Source: a virus. Taken from it: 64,000 nt of DNA. Of the stretch, positions 36,337 through 46,004 are shown piece after piece. Numbering within the stretch: position 1 is the first letter of the stretch; each line of letters starts with the position of its first letter. The stretch is from positions 1 to 64,000 of the IMG/VR virus record IMGVR_UViG_3300010398_001198; one strand, given 5' to 3'. The notes under the pieces were generated by a model. It was not told the DNA's origin. It saw only the letters and a program-made list of their open reading frames with translations, and made no database searches. Made by a program: the position numbers and the translations under genes.

Positions 36337-36486
36337 ATGGGACTGATCCTTGCCGTTGTGCTCATCGTGTTGCTGTTCGGGGGGCTCCCAGCCTGGAACT
36401 ACCACTCATTTGGCTATTACCCCTCGGGCGTCATAGCGATTGTGCTGGTGATGCTGGTCCTGCTCATGCTCATGGGACGGCTCTAG
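36337..36486 (+). CDS. DUF3309-like small membrane protein (49 aa; not in ORF track)
   Basis: MGLILAVVLIVLLFGGLPAWNYHSFGYYPSGVIAIVLVMLVLLMLMGRL; RBS AAGGA. Confidence 0.8.
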   Translation: MGLILAVVLIVLLFGGLPAWNYHSFGYYPSGVIAIVLVMLVLLMLMGRL

Positions 36487-36487
36487 T

Positions 36488-38734
36488 ATGGCCGACACCC
36501 TTGCCATCTCGACCGGCGATATTCTCTCCCGGATGCTCAGGAGGCTTCCGCCGAGTCTCTGGGACACCGATCCGAGCGCCGACACGCTCCAGCGCGATCT
36601 CTTTGCCGCCATCGCGTCCCAAACTGCCGTGTGGTTGGAACAACGCGACATTGCCCGCACCATGACCTTGATGTTACAGGCCGAAGGCATTGATCTTGAC
36701 GTTTTACTTCAAGATTACGGCTTAAAAAGATATTTGCAGCTCCCGGACCCCTATGCCCGCCAGGTCGGGATGCACATCTTGTGGACCCCGCAGGGCACGG
36801 GGTATAGCGTCGCCCGGCTGGCCGATCTCCTCTTGTACAACCAGCCGCATGTCACCATGCGTACGGGCCGCAACGAGCAGCACGTCTTTGTGGCGTCGGC
36901 GCAGTCCGTCACGACTCCCTACGGCTACTGGGGCCTGGTGAGCGACGAGGGCCTGTGGTACGCCGTCACCGTGGACGGAGAAGTCCCGGTGTGCAGCCTG
37001 GCACCGCCCTGTGGGGTGGATCTCTCTCCAGGCCCGCACACGCTCAGGTGGTTCACGGTCCTCGACGAGAATGCGGCGCCCTGGTACGTCACCGTTGCCG
37101 CTGATACCCTCACCGTCTCCCAGACGCCGCCGCAGGGCTACGGCACGGCGGACCCCTTCTATGTGCTGGATGGTCACGGCAACCGCTGGGGGCTCAGTGT
37201 GGACAGCCGCAGTGAAGCCCTGGTGACGACCGTGTCTCCCGGCCTGACGACCTTTGGCTACTGGCGCGTGCGCGACCGGGCCGGCACCGTGTACGACCTG
37301 TGGATCGAGGGCGAAGTCCCCACCATCGCCACCGCACCACCCGGCGGGAGTACCGACCAGACACCGGGCGGCTCGCCCCTCGACTGGCTGAGTGTGGCCG
37401 ATGAGACCGGCACCTCGTGGTTTCTGACCCTCCAGGACGACACCCTCTTCCCACAGCGGACGTCCCCAGGCGGCACCGGCACGACCGCCGATCCCCAATT
37501 CCTTGATGCTGGCAGCCGCCTCTGGAGCCTCAGCGTGGACAGTCGCGCCGAAGCCGTGGTGAGTACGCTGCTGCGCGCGGTGACCTCGGATTACCTCGTG
37601 CTCGATCCTGGCCATGCGTATCAGGCCCTGCGGCTTGTGGACAGCAGCGGCGTGCCCTGGTGGCTCTCGATCAGTGGCGGGGCGCAGCGGCTCACCGCGA
37701 CGCAACCAGTGGGCGCCGCCGACGTGACACCGTCGGGTGGTCCCTATCGCTGGCTGCGCGTGTACGACCTGGCCGCGATGCTGTGGTACGCGTACCCGAA
37801 TACCAGTGGCACGCTCGTGGTTTCGACCACCAATCCTGGGGGTCTGGGGACGGCGCAACCGCAAACCCTAGGGGATAGCGCGGGTGTCCTCTGGCACTAC
37901 GGCGTGAGTGGCGGGGCGTTTGCCGTGAGCAGCACGCCCCCCGTCGATTATGGGGGCATGGCGACGGCGGTCTGTCTCAATGATCCGACGGGTGCCCGCT
38001 GGTTCTGGCGCGTGCACGAGGGCGCCTTGCAATGGTCAGCACAACTTTGGCCCGATACCATGGATCAAAGTCCGTGGGGCGAGCTCGGCTGGCTGCAACT
38101 CCTCAATGATGTCAGTGCGACGGTGTATGTCTCGCCTGGCGTGGCCGGCATGCCGCTGGTGACGCTCGCCCCGCCAGCCAACTCCCCCTGGGGCTGGAGT
38201 CAGCCCGTCACGCTGCGCGATGTGGAGGGGACCGCCTGGCACCTGACAGTCAGCACGCGCCCCCAGACCGTGGAGTACTGGCGGCTGCACGATGCCACCG
38301 GAACCGTGGTCTATCTCTCCATCGATGCGGAGGTACCGCTCCTGGCCGCGACGCCACCGGGCGGGGGCACGGACCAGACGCCGGGCGGGCAACCCCTCGA
38401 CTGGCTCACGATCTATGATGAAGGCGGTGGGGTCTGGTATAGCGCGGTGGAGGGGGATACGCTGACCATGACGCACACGCTGCCCCCAGGGACGGGGACG
38501 CAGGTGCCCGTGAGCCTCTGGGGCACAACAGGCATTTTCTGGCAGATCCAGGGTAGTAGCCTGACGGAGGCACTCGTCACCGTCGCCCTGCCCAGTCCCA
38601 ATGTGGTCGGCGTCGTCCAGGATGCCGCTCCAACACTGCCACTGCCGATACCGACGCTGCCACTGCGCGATGCCGTGGATGCGATTAGCCACATTCAAGC
38701 CGCTGGCTCGCTCGTGACGGTGCGGGTCAGTTAG
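36488..38734 (+). CDS. Baseplate wedge/tail protein I-like with Trp-rich repeat extension
   Basis: LDVLLQDYGLKRY...PDPYAR N-term; repeated D..G..W(Y/F/H)L modules. Confidence 0.7.
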   Translation: MADTLAISTGDILSRMLRRLPPSLWDTDPSADTLQRDLFAAIASQTAVWLEQRDIARTMTLMLQAEGIDLDVLLQDYGLKRYLQLPDPYARQVGMHILWTPQGTGYSVARLADLLLYNQPHVTMRTGRNEQHVFVASAQSVTTPYGYWGLVSDEGLWYAVTVDGEVPVCSLAPPCGVDLSPGPHTLRWFTVLDENAAPWYVTVAADTLTVSQTPPQGYGTADPFYVLDGHGNRWGLSVDSRSEALVTTVSPGLTTFGYWRVRDRAGTVYDLWIEGEVPTIATAPPGGSTDQTPGGSPLDWLSVADETGTSWFLTLQDDTLFPQRTSPGGTGTTADPQFLDAGSRLWSLSVDSRAEAVVSTLLRAVTSDYLVLDPGHAYQALRLVDSSGVPWWLSISGGAQRLTATQPVGAADVTPSGGPYRWLRVYDLAAMLWYAYPNTSGTLVVSTTNPGGLGTAQPQTLGDSAGVLWHYGVSGGAFAVSSTPPVDYGGMATAVCLNDPTGARWFWRVHEGALQWSAQLWPDTMDQSPWGELGWLQLLNDVSATVYVSPGVAGMPLVTLAPPANSPWGWSQPVTLRDVEGTAWHLTVSTRPQTVEYWRLHDATGTVVYLSIDAEVPLLAATPPGGGTDQTPGGQPLDWLTIYDEGGGVWYSAVEGDTLTMTHTLPPGTGTQVPVSLWGTTGIFWQIQGSSLTEALVTVALPSPNVVGVVQDAAPTLPLPIPTLPLRDAVDAISHIQAAGSLVTVRVS

Positions 38735-38743
38735 GAGGATAGA

Positions 38744-39796
38744 ATGCCGCACATGCTCGCGCAGCAACATCAGGGCATTTACGACTGTATCCGGGCCGGC
38801 ACGGCCCGGACACATACCACGATCAGTGCAGCGCTCACGGCGATTGGCAGTACCCCAACGATGCTGGTGCTGACCTTTGCCGGGGATGGTATCTGGAGTA
38901 TCGGCGCCAACCTGACGATTCCCACGACCATTACCCTGATGATCCCGCCGGGGGTGACGGTGAACGTGGCGGCGGGGATCACGCTGACCATCAATGGCGC
39001 GTTCCTGAGCTACAATACCGGCTGGAAAACCGGGACCGGCACCGTGGCCCAGACCCTGATTACCTCCCATCTCTCCAGCGGGGTGACGGCCAATACGTTT
39101 CTCGCCCAGCCGGGCGCCGCGACCGGGATAGGGGTGGTCGTGGAGAATGGTCCCGCCTCGACGGCGGCCCGCGTGCGCCTCTTCACCGATCAAGGCGGTG
39201 GACAGTCGGGCCTCCAGATCAGCACCAATGATGCGGCGGCCAATATCCAGGGCTGGCAGATCATCGTGGGGGGCGGCGGCTCGCTCGCCTTTGCCCGGCC
39301 AGGTGGGAATTCGATGATGCTCCTCAGCAATACCGGCTTAGGCATTGGCCTGGGGCAAGTCCCCGGCGGCTTGCTGCAACTGCTCAGCGATAGCGCCTAC
39401 AAGCCCGGGGCTGGGGGGCTCTGGAGTATTCCCTCCTCGCGGGCGCTCAAAGACATCACCGGGGACTATACGGAAGGTCTGGTCCTGCTGCGGCGCTTGC
39501 CCCAGGCGGTCCGCTTTCGCTATAACGGGAAGGGCGGCACCGAGGTGGATGGCCCTGCGGACGTGGGCTTTGTGGCGGAGGACCTCCAGGCCGTCGCGCC
39601 GCAACTGGTACGCGAGGTGGTCAATCCGCACGCCGAGGAGGAACCGGACCTGCCCACCATGCTGGCCACCAATCTGGGCGAGATCCTCTACGTGCTCATC
39701 AACGCCGTGCTCGAACTCGACCGCCGTGGGGGTGGGACTGCCGAAGAGGCCCAGGCTGCACCAGTGCCGCCGCAGCGGCGCCGGAGGACCGCCTGA
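38744..39796 (+). CDS. Tail fibre with C-terminal intramolecular chaperone (peptidase S74-like)
   Basis: SSRALKDI.....GL..LRRL..AVRFRY...GFVAEDLQAVAPQLV. Confidence 0.85.
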   Translation: MPHMLAQQHQGIYDCIRAGTARTHTTISAALTAIGSTPTMLVLTFAGDGIWSIGANLTIPTTITLMIPPGVTVNVAAGITLTINGAFLSYNTGWKTGTGTVAQTLITSHLSSGVTANTFLAQPGAATGIGVVVENGPASTAARVRLFTDQGGGQSGLQISTNDAAANIQGWQIIVGGGGSLAFARPGGNSMMLLSNTGLGIGLGQVPGGLLQLLSDSAYKPGAGGLWSIPSSRALKDITGDYTEGLVLLRRLPQAVRFRYNGKGGTEVDGPADVGFVAEDLQAVAPQLVREVVNPHAEEEPDLPTMLATNLGEILYVLINAVLELDRRGGGTAEEAQAAPVPPQRRRRTA

Positions 39797-40053
39797 TGCC
39801 GCAGATCCTCTTGCCGCTGGAAATCAGCCTGCGCATGACCATCGCCATCCTGGAGCGCGACCTGGCGCAGACCCAGGCACGCTTGCTCCAGGTGACCGCC
39901 GAGCACCAGCATCAGGCCAATGTTGCGGCCCTGCTCGCCCAGGCCGGGGTGGCGCTGCCTGTGCCGCTGAGTGCCTGCACGTTTGATGCCGAGCAGGGCG
40001 TCCTGCGCTTTGAGGCAGAGGAGCCGGAGCTCCCGGCCCTCCCAGAGGCCTGA
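39796..40053 (+). CDS. Small coiled-coil protein
   Basis: Coupled to tail fibre gene. Confidence 0.55.
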   Translation: MPQILLPLEISLRMTIAILERDLAQTQARLLQVTAEHQHQANVAALLAQAGVALPVPLSACTFDAEQGVLRFEAEEPELPALPEA

Positions 40054-40075
40054 GGCATAAAACATCAGCAGCTTA

Positions 40076-40105
40076 TTGACACCCTCACAGTCTCTCCTAT
40101 ATCAT
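40076..40105 (+). promoter_or_regulatory. Sigma70-type promoter TTGACA-N18-TATCAT
   Basis: Consensus -35 and near-consensus -10 in intergenic gap. Confidence 0.65.
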
Positions 40106-40112
40106 AGGAGAT

Positions 40113-40158
40113 GCGTGTGGAAGTCGGCCGTAAGGCTCGGCATCCACACGCTTTTTTT
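40113..40158 (+). terminator. Leader terminator/attenuator hairpin
   Basis: gcgtgtgga...tccacacgc + T7. Confidence 0.7.
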
Positions 40159-40310
40159 CTGTGTGAGTCTTGCTCACCTGTCGGTCGACTTCTGGACGCA
40201 CGTTGCAATCAGCGCATGGTCCCATGACGGCCCGCGCTGGTTGACTTCCACGCGCCCCCCTTCCGGTTGCGTAGGCTGGAAGGGGGATATACCCGCCTGG
40301 AGGACAGCAC

Positions 40311-40685
40311 GTGCTGCGTTTCTTCCTCTCTGCACTCCTCCTTGGTCTGCTTCCCACGCTGGTGGATGCCCAGTGTCCGGACCTCACCACGCCGCAAAGC
40401 CCCTTTGCCAAAGAGCCGCTGCTGGTCTCCTCGACCCCGGTGGCCCTGACCGCCTCGATCTATAAGCCGGCGGGCATCATTCCCACCATGGCGGTGGTGA
40501 GTGTGGAGGGCGGCGCCATTCGCTATGAGGTCGTCGGAGCGCCGACGGCCACGACCGGTCACCCGATTGCTGGGACGCCCCCGCAAACCTTTCCCATCTG
40601 TGGCCTGGACTCGATTGCCGCCTTTCAAGCCGTGCGCCAGAGCCAGGACGCGCAACTCTTCATTACCTACTACCGTGCGAAATAG
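40311..40685 (+). CDS. Signal-peptide beta-sandwich protein
   Basis: LRFFLSALLLGLLPTLVDA-Q; GGAGG RBS. Confidence 0.7.
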   Translation: MLRFFLSALLLGLLPTLVDAQCPDLTTPQSPFAKEPLLVSSTPVALTASIYKPAGIIPTMAVVSVEGGAIRYEVVGAPTATTGHPIAGTPPQTFPICGLDSIAAFQAVRQSQDAQLFITYYRAK

Positions 40686-40695
40686 GAGCCGTCGC

Positions 40696-43600
40696 ATGCC
40701 GCGCCGCCTCATCTGGCTGTTGAGTCTGCTGCTCGTGCTCCAGCCCGTGGGCCTCGTCGCGCAGGTTCTGCCTCCGCTTGCGCCGGCAGGGGGCGGCAGT
40801 ACCCCGACCTTTCCCGGCTCCCTGTGTACCGATATGGTGGCCATCGGCCAGGACACCGCCGGGCTGATGGTGTGTTCTCCTGTCTTGCCACCCATGGCGC
40901 CAGGGCTGGTGCCGAGTGGAGGGGATGTCAGCGCCAGCGGCCAGGTCCTCCAGACGCACCTGAGTAGCCCCTTGCCTGTCCCCCAGGGCGGGATGGGGCT
41001 CACCACCGGCACATCCGGCGGCATGCCCTACTTCAGTAGTGCCACCACACTGGCCTCGACGCCGACCTTTGCCCTCAATGCGCCCATCCTGGGCGGGGGT
41101 GCAGGCCAATCGCCCGTGCCGGGCACGCTCTCGGGGACGACCCGCGAACTCGCCAGTGTCACCGGTGCACATGTTCCCAACCGCCAGCTGACCTTTGACG
41201 CCAACGGCAACGTGATTGCCAGCCCCTATGACGTCATAGGCGGGGTCCAGGTCCTCAGCGTGTTCGGACGCATCGGGGCGGTCACGGCGCAAAGTGGTGA
41301 CTACACGGCGGCGCAAGTGACACATGCGGCCTCCCTCACCGCCGCCAATGTGTTTACGGATCCTGGGGGCCAGACCATGCCCCTGCTGGCCCTGACCGGC
41401 TCCAGTAGCGGTACGCTCTATGTACGGGCGCCGGCCGCGGCAGGCGTCTCCCTGGTGGTGCTCCCGGCGGGGGTGAGTGATTTCTCGTCGACCGGCGGCC
41501 CGAGTCAGGTCGTGCAGCAGACCACCACGGCAGGGGCGTTCACGGTGAGTCGCCTGAGCCTGGCTGATCTCGCCGATGGGGGGAATGCCTGCACCAGTGC
41601 CAGCCTGTGCCCAGGCTATCAAGCCGCGCTGGGGTTTCCGCCGGAAAACGTCAGCAACAAAACCTCGGACCCGGCGCTCGGGGGCAGTGATTTCCTCTAT
41701 CCCACCCAGGCCGCGGTCAAAGGCTACGTGGATGCCGGGCTGGCGGGGAAGCAAGCCCTCCTGGGCTTTGCGCCGGAAGACCGCGCCAACAAAGCCTCCA
41801 GCGCCGTGCTGGGGACGAGTGACACCCTGTATCCGACCCAGAATGCCGTCAAGGCCTATGTCGATACGGGCCTGGCCGGCAAGCAGGCGAGCCTGGGCTT
41901 CACGCCGGAAAACGTCACCAACAAAGCCACCGCGACCGCCTTAGGGACCAGCAACACGCTCTATCCCACGCAGAACGCGGTCAAGGTCTACGTCGATACT
42001 GGGCTGTCGAGCAAGCAAGACACTCTGGGCTTTACGCCGGAAACCACTGCCAACAAGGCCACCGGGACCACCCTGGGGACGAGTGATACCTTTTACCCCT
42101 CCCAAAATGCCGTCAAGGTCTACGTGGATGCGGCCATTGCGACGGTCCAGGGCAGTATTACCTGGGGGCCGGGCCTCACCTTCAGCGGTGGCGTGGCCAG
42201 TGTCGCCTCGACGGAAACGGGCTTTCTGACGGGCGCCAGCAGTGCCCTCGCGTGCGGGGCCTCGGCGCAGGGCAAGATGCAGGTCCTCGACACTGGCGCG
42301 CTCCAGTACTGCGATGGGGCCACGACGGCCCTGCTCCACAGTGGCTTCCTCACGCAGAGTGGTCTCACCTGGAATGTCACCCCGAGTGCCTGTACGGGCG
42401 ATACCAATGGCGGCAAGCTGACCATTGTGGGCACGGAAATCCGCTGCGCCTCGGACATCGGCGGCACGGGCGGGGCGGGGGGCGTCACCAGCGTGTTCGG
42501 GCGCACCGGCGCGGTGGTGGCCACCGCCGGAGATTATCTGGTCAGCCAGATTACCAACGCTGTCGATGTCACGGCGGCCAACGTCTTTCCGCACGCCAGC
42601 GGCCAGTCGATGCGGCAACTGCTCCTGCCTGGGGCGACCTCGGGAACGCTGACGGTCAAAGCGGCGGCGGTGGCCGGCAGCAGTACGTTGACCTTGCCGG
42701 CGGGGGCGACGGATTTCAGCAGTACAGGCGGTGCGGGGCAAGTGGTGCGCCAGAACGCGGCGGGGGGCGCGCTCACGGTCGCGGCCCTGGCCTTTAGCGA
42801 CCTCACGGGGACCGGCGCGGTGTGTACCACCGCCGGCGTCTGCACGGGCTACCAGGCGACCATCACGTGGGGTGCCGGGCTCAGCGTCACGGGCGCGACC
42901 GCCAGTGTGGCCTCGACCGAAGCAGGCTTCCTCACCACGGGCAGCACGGACCTCACTGCGGGGGCCGGACAAGCCGGGAAGATGCAGGTGATCGCCGATG
43001 GGCGCCTGCAATACACCGATGGCGCCGCGACTCCGCTCCTGCGCCAGGGCTATCTCCTCACCCCCCTGGGCGGCCCGGGCGTGCTCCAGGCGAGTACGGG
43101 GGGCACGAGTCTGGCGGCCTTTGCGGGGAGTGCCTGTAACGATCCTGCGGCGTTTATGACCGGCCTGACGCCCACCGGCGATGCCATCTGCGGCCTCCCT
43201 GCAGCGCTGGTCTTCAGCAGTCGAGCCCTGCTGGCGACGGCGAGCGCGACCTTTCCCAGTGCCGTCAATCTCGGTGCCCTGGCCGGCGGCATCGTCAAAA
43301 CCACCGTCAGCGGGGGTCTGGCGAGCGTGAGTACCGTGATCGCGCCGACGAGCGCCCTGGTGGGGGTGGACGATCCGCAGATCCTCACCCAGAAAGGGGT
43401 GGCGCCGCGTGCCGCCCCATTTGCCGGCGTCTCCCCCGTGGTTGGGAATCTGAGTACCACGGATCTCCTCGTCGTGAGCGGGCTCACCGGGTCCACGCTG
43501 ATCGGCAATCCGCAAGGCGCCACCAGTGCCGGCGGGCTGGTGCGACTCCAGGTGACCTCCGCCACGCCACAACCCCTGACCTGGGATACCCTGTGGAGTA

Positions 43601-44829
43601 GCGAGGGAGGCTCCCCCCTGCCCACGACCACGACCGGCGGCAGCACCTATGACATGTTCTGGTTCCAGTACAACGCCACCTCCGGCAAGCTCGATCTCGT
43701 CTACAACTCGCAACTCATGCAGTGGACCCTCCCCACGGGTGTCACGCCGGGGACCTATACCTGTCCGGGCTCCGTGACGATTGATAGCCGGGGCCGGGTG
43801 ACGGCCATCGCCAACGGCACATGCGGCGGGGGCACGGGAGGCACCCCAGCGGGAGGTGTCGGCGATGTCCAGATCAACGGCGGCGGGGTCCTGGCCGCTG
43901 ATCCCGGCGATTTCGCCTATGACGTGGGCACGAAAACGTTGATCGCCCCGCACCTCCTTGGCTCGCGTCGGCGGACCTATGCCACCTTCCGCGATCTCCA
44001 GGGCCAGGCCACGTATGTGCTCGCCCCGGCCATGCAGAGTAAGGTGCACGTGCAGTCCCTGCCGGATGAGGACGGGGAATACTGCGTTAAGGGGGGGAGC
44101 TGCTTTGCCAGCGGCGGGGTCACGGTCTCCGGTACCCCGACGGCTGGACAAACGGCGGAATTTACCGCGGCGAGCGTGATCCAGGGCGTGAGTACCACGG
44201 GCAGTGGCAGCTATGTCAAGGCCGGGAGCCCGACCCTGACGACCCCCACCATTGCGGCCCTAGCGAATCTCACCAGCAATGGGGTGCTCACGACGAGTGG
44301 GGGCACGGGCACGCTCGTGGTGGATACGGGGGGCACAACCGGCACGGGGGCCTGGGTGAAGGGGACGAATCCGACTCTGACCGGGCCGACGATTGCCGCG
44401 CTGGCGAACCTGACGACCAATGGCATTCTCACCACGACGGGGGGGACGGGTACGCTCGTGGTCGATACGACCACCCGCACCGTCGAGACCGGCGTGCAGT
44501 CCCTCACGTCGAGTACCACCTATACCTGTGTGCGTAATGGCCCGAGTACCCAACCAGTCATGAATGAATGCACCATGACCTACACCGGGGCTGCCGGGGC
44601 CACGGTGACCATCGGCACCTCGGGGACACTCCAGGACGGCGATCGCTTTCTGGTGCGTCTGCGCTGCACGGTGGGGGCGCAGACCATCGCCTACGGCGCC
44701 AATATTATCAATAGCCTGCAAATCATTGGGCCGACGAGCTGCCCGCTCGACGGTGCCCGCGAAATTGTCATAGGACTTCTCTATTCTGCGGCACTCGCCA
44801 AGGCCCAGGTCATTGGGAGTACGAACTAA
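40696..44829 (+). CDS. Giant signal-peptide, tail-fibre-like repeat protein (~1377 aa)
   Basis: MPRRLIWLLSLLLVLQPVGLVA-Q; VFGRTGAV motifs; four GFTPEN.ANK...YPTQNAVK.YVD repeats. Confidence 0.8.
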   Translation: MPRRLIWLLSLLLVLQPVGLVAQVLPPLAPAGGGSTPTFPGSLCTDMVAIGQDTAGLMVCSPVLPPMAPGLVPSGGDVSASGQVLQTHLSSPLPVPQGGMGLTTGTSGGMPYFSSATTLASTPTFALNAPILGGGAGQSPVPGTLSGTTRELASVTGAHVPNRQLTFDANGNVIASPYDVIGGVQVLSVFGRIGAVTAQSGDYTAAQVTHAASLTAANVFTDPGGQTMPLLALTGSSSGTLYVRAPAAAGVSLVVLPAGVSDFSSTGGPSQVVQQTTTAGAFTVSRLSLADLADGGNACTSASLCPGYQAALGFPPENVSNKTSDPALGGSDFLYPTQAAVKGYVDAGLAGKQALLGFAPEDRANKASSAVLGTSDTLYPTQNAVKAYVDTGLAGKQASLGFTPENVTNKATATALGTSNTLYPTQNAVKVYVDTGLSSKQDTLGFTPETTANKATGTTLGTSDTFYPSQNAVKVYVDAAIATVQGSITWGPGLTFSGGVASVASTETGFLTGASSALACGASAQGKMQVLDTGALQYCDGATTALLHSGFLTQSGLTWNVTPSACTGDTNGGKLTIVGTEIRCASDIGGTGGAGGVTSVFGRTGAVVATAGDYLVSQITNAVDVTAANVFPHASGQSMRQLLLPGATSGTLTVKAAAVAGSSTLTLPAGATDFSSTGGAGQVVRQNAAGGALTVAALAFSDLTGTGAVCTTAGVCTGYQATITWGAGLSVTGATASVASTEAGFLTTGSTDLTAGAGQAGKMQVIADGRLQYTDGAATPLLRQGYLLTPLGGPGVLQASTGGTSLAAFAGSACNDPAAFMTGLTPTGDAICGLPAALVFSSRALLATASATFPSAVNLGALAGGIVKTTVSGGLASVSTVIAPTSALVGVDDPQILTQKGVAPRAAPFAGVSPVVGNLSTTDLLVVSGLTGSTLIGNPQGATSAGGLVRLQVTSATPQPLTWDTLWSSEGGSPLPTTTTGGSTYDMFWFQYNATSGKLDLVYNSQLMQWTLPTGVTPGTYTCPGSVTIDSRGRVTAIANGTCGGGTGGTPAGGVGDVQINGGGVLAADPGDFAYDVGTKTLIAPHLLGSRRRTYATFRDLQGQATYVLAPAMQSKVHVQSLPDEDGEYCVKGGSCFASGGVTVSGTPTAGQTAEFTAASVIQGVSTTGSGSYVKAGSPTLTTPTIAALANLTSNGVLTTSGGTGTLVVDTGGTTGTGAWVKGTNPTLTGPTIAALANLTTNGILTTTGGTGTLVVDTTTRTVETGVQSLTSSTTYTCVRNGPSTQPVMNECTMTYTGAAGATVTIGTSGTLQDGDRFLVRLRCTVGAQTIAYGANIINSLQIIGPTSCPLDGAREIVIGLLYSAALAKAQVIGSTN
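41632..42135 (+). repeat. Four ~123-bp (41-aa) in-frame tandem repeats, fibre-shaft type
   Basis: LGF(P/A/T)PE...NK...LG.SD.LYPTQ.AVK.YVD. Confidence 0.85.
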
Positions 44830-45422
44830 TGTCTCTCATTGTTCTCTTCCTCCTGCTGCTGCCAGGCCTCGTCGCGGCACAAGGCTTGACTGATGTCCAG
44901 TACACCCTCTTGCATGACGACATCACGATTACGCATGCGAGCGAGTTCCAAGCCTCGGTCGCTGCCGCCGATTATCAACCGATAGCCGATGCGTACAATC
45001 TCCTGGCCACTGGCCCCTTCTGGGTATGGAGGACAAGTTTAACCCCGAAGGAGATCTATGAGGCGACGGCGGACGGCGGCGGCACCTGGTCGTGGAGCAC
45101 CTATAAGGCGCAGACCCAGCAGGAACGCGACGCATGGCGCGATATGATGGCCCCCAACTTGCTCAATCCCAGTCTCAAACAGACGCGAGATGGCTGGCTC
45201 GCCATCTTCGGGGGACAAGGGGCTAGTCAGGTCCAGGTCAATTATCTCCTTGCCCTGTCCAGGCGCCAGGCCCGGCGGGGGGAAGCCCTGCTGGCCACGA
45301 CCACGAGCGGGAATGGCTCAACAGCGACCCCTGCCACCTTGACGTATGAGGGTCTGATCACCTGGATTGACGTCAACCACGCGGTCAGCGGCGCGCCGCT
45401 TCCTGGAGGGCCACGTCCATGA
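44829..45422 (+). CDS. Signal-peptide paralog of 10345..10857
   Basis: MSLIVLFLLLLPGLVAA-Q; shared TWSWSTYKAQT, NPSLKQTRDGWLAIFGGQGAS. Confidence 0.8.
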   Translation: MSLIVLFLLLLPGLVAAQGLTDVQYTLLHDDITITHASEFQASVAAADYQPIADAYNLLATGPFWVWRTSLTPKEIYEATADGGGTWSWSTYKAQTQQERDAWRDMMAPNLLNPSLKQTRDGWLAIFGGQGASQVQVNYLLALSRRQARRGEALLATTTSGNGSTATPATLTYEGLITWIDVNHAVSGAPLPGGPRP

Positions 45423-46000
45423 TCAGGCGGCTTGTCATCCTGCTGCTCTGTGCGCTGCTCCTGTGGACCTCGGGTGTCGGGGCCGCCACGTCCTTGCAGT
45501 ACACCCTGCCGGGGACCGGGATTACCTTTGGCGACTCCGGGCAGAATGTCCTGATGGTGTTTAGCAACAAAGCCACGGGCACCGGCACCGTCAGCGCCCA
45601 GTATGACAAGAATGCGTTGGCGACGGCCACCGGGGCCATGCCCTCCCTGTGGGCACTCCATTGTCAGATCTCGTTCACCGGCACCAATGTCGTCGGAGCC
45701 ACGGCGGAATTGTACATTGCCCATGCGGACGCCGCCGGCACCACTCAGGATGGCGCGGTTGGGCAGAGTAGTACCACCATCACCAGCGATCAGCGCCGCG
45801 TGCTGACGCCCGTGGGCGTGCTCTCGACGTACCAAACGGCCACCAATACGACCATGTACGCGAGTTTCCGCAACATTTATATTCCCGGCAGATACTTCAG
45901 TTTGGCCTGGTGGAATGCCACTGGGCTCACCAGTGAAACGAGCACGACCAAGCATAAGTGCACGATGTACCCCATGCCCATTCAAGGCCAAGGAACCTAG
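45419..46000 (+). CDS. Signal-peptide beta-rich protein
   Basis: MIRRLVILLLCALLLWTSGVGA-A. Confidence 0.7.
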   Translation: MIRRLVILLLCALLLWTSGVGAATSLQYTLPGTGITFGDSGQNVLMVFSNKATGTGTVSAQYDKNALATATGAMPSLWALHCQISFTGTNVVGATAELYIAHADAAGTTQDGAVGQSSTTITSDQRRVLTPVGVLSTYQTATNTTMYASFRNIYIPGRYFSLAWWNATGLTSETSTTKHKCTMYPMPIQGQGT

Positions 46001-46004
46001 CCCT

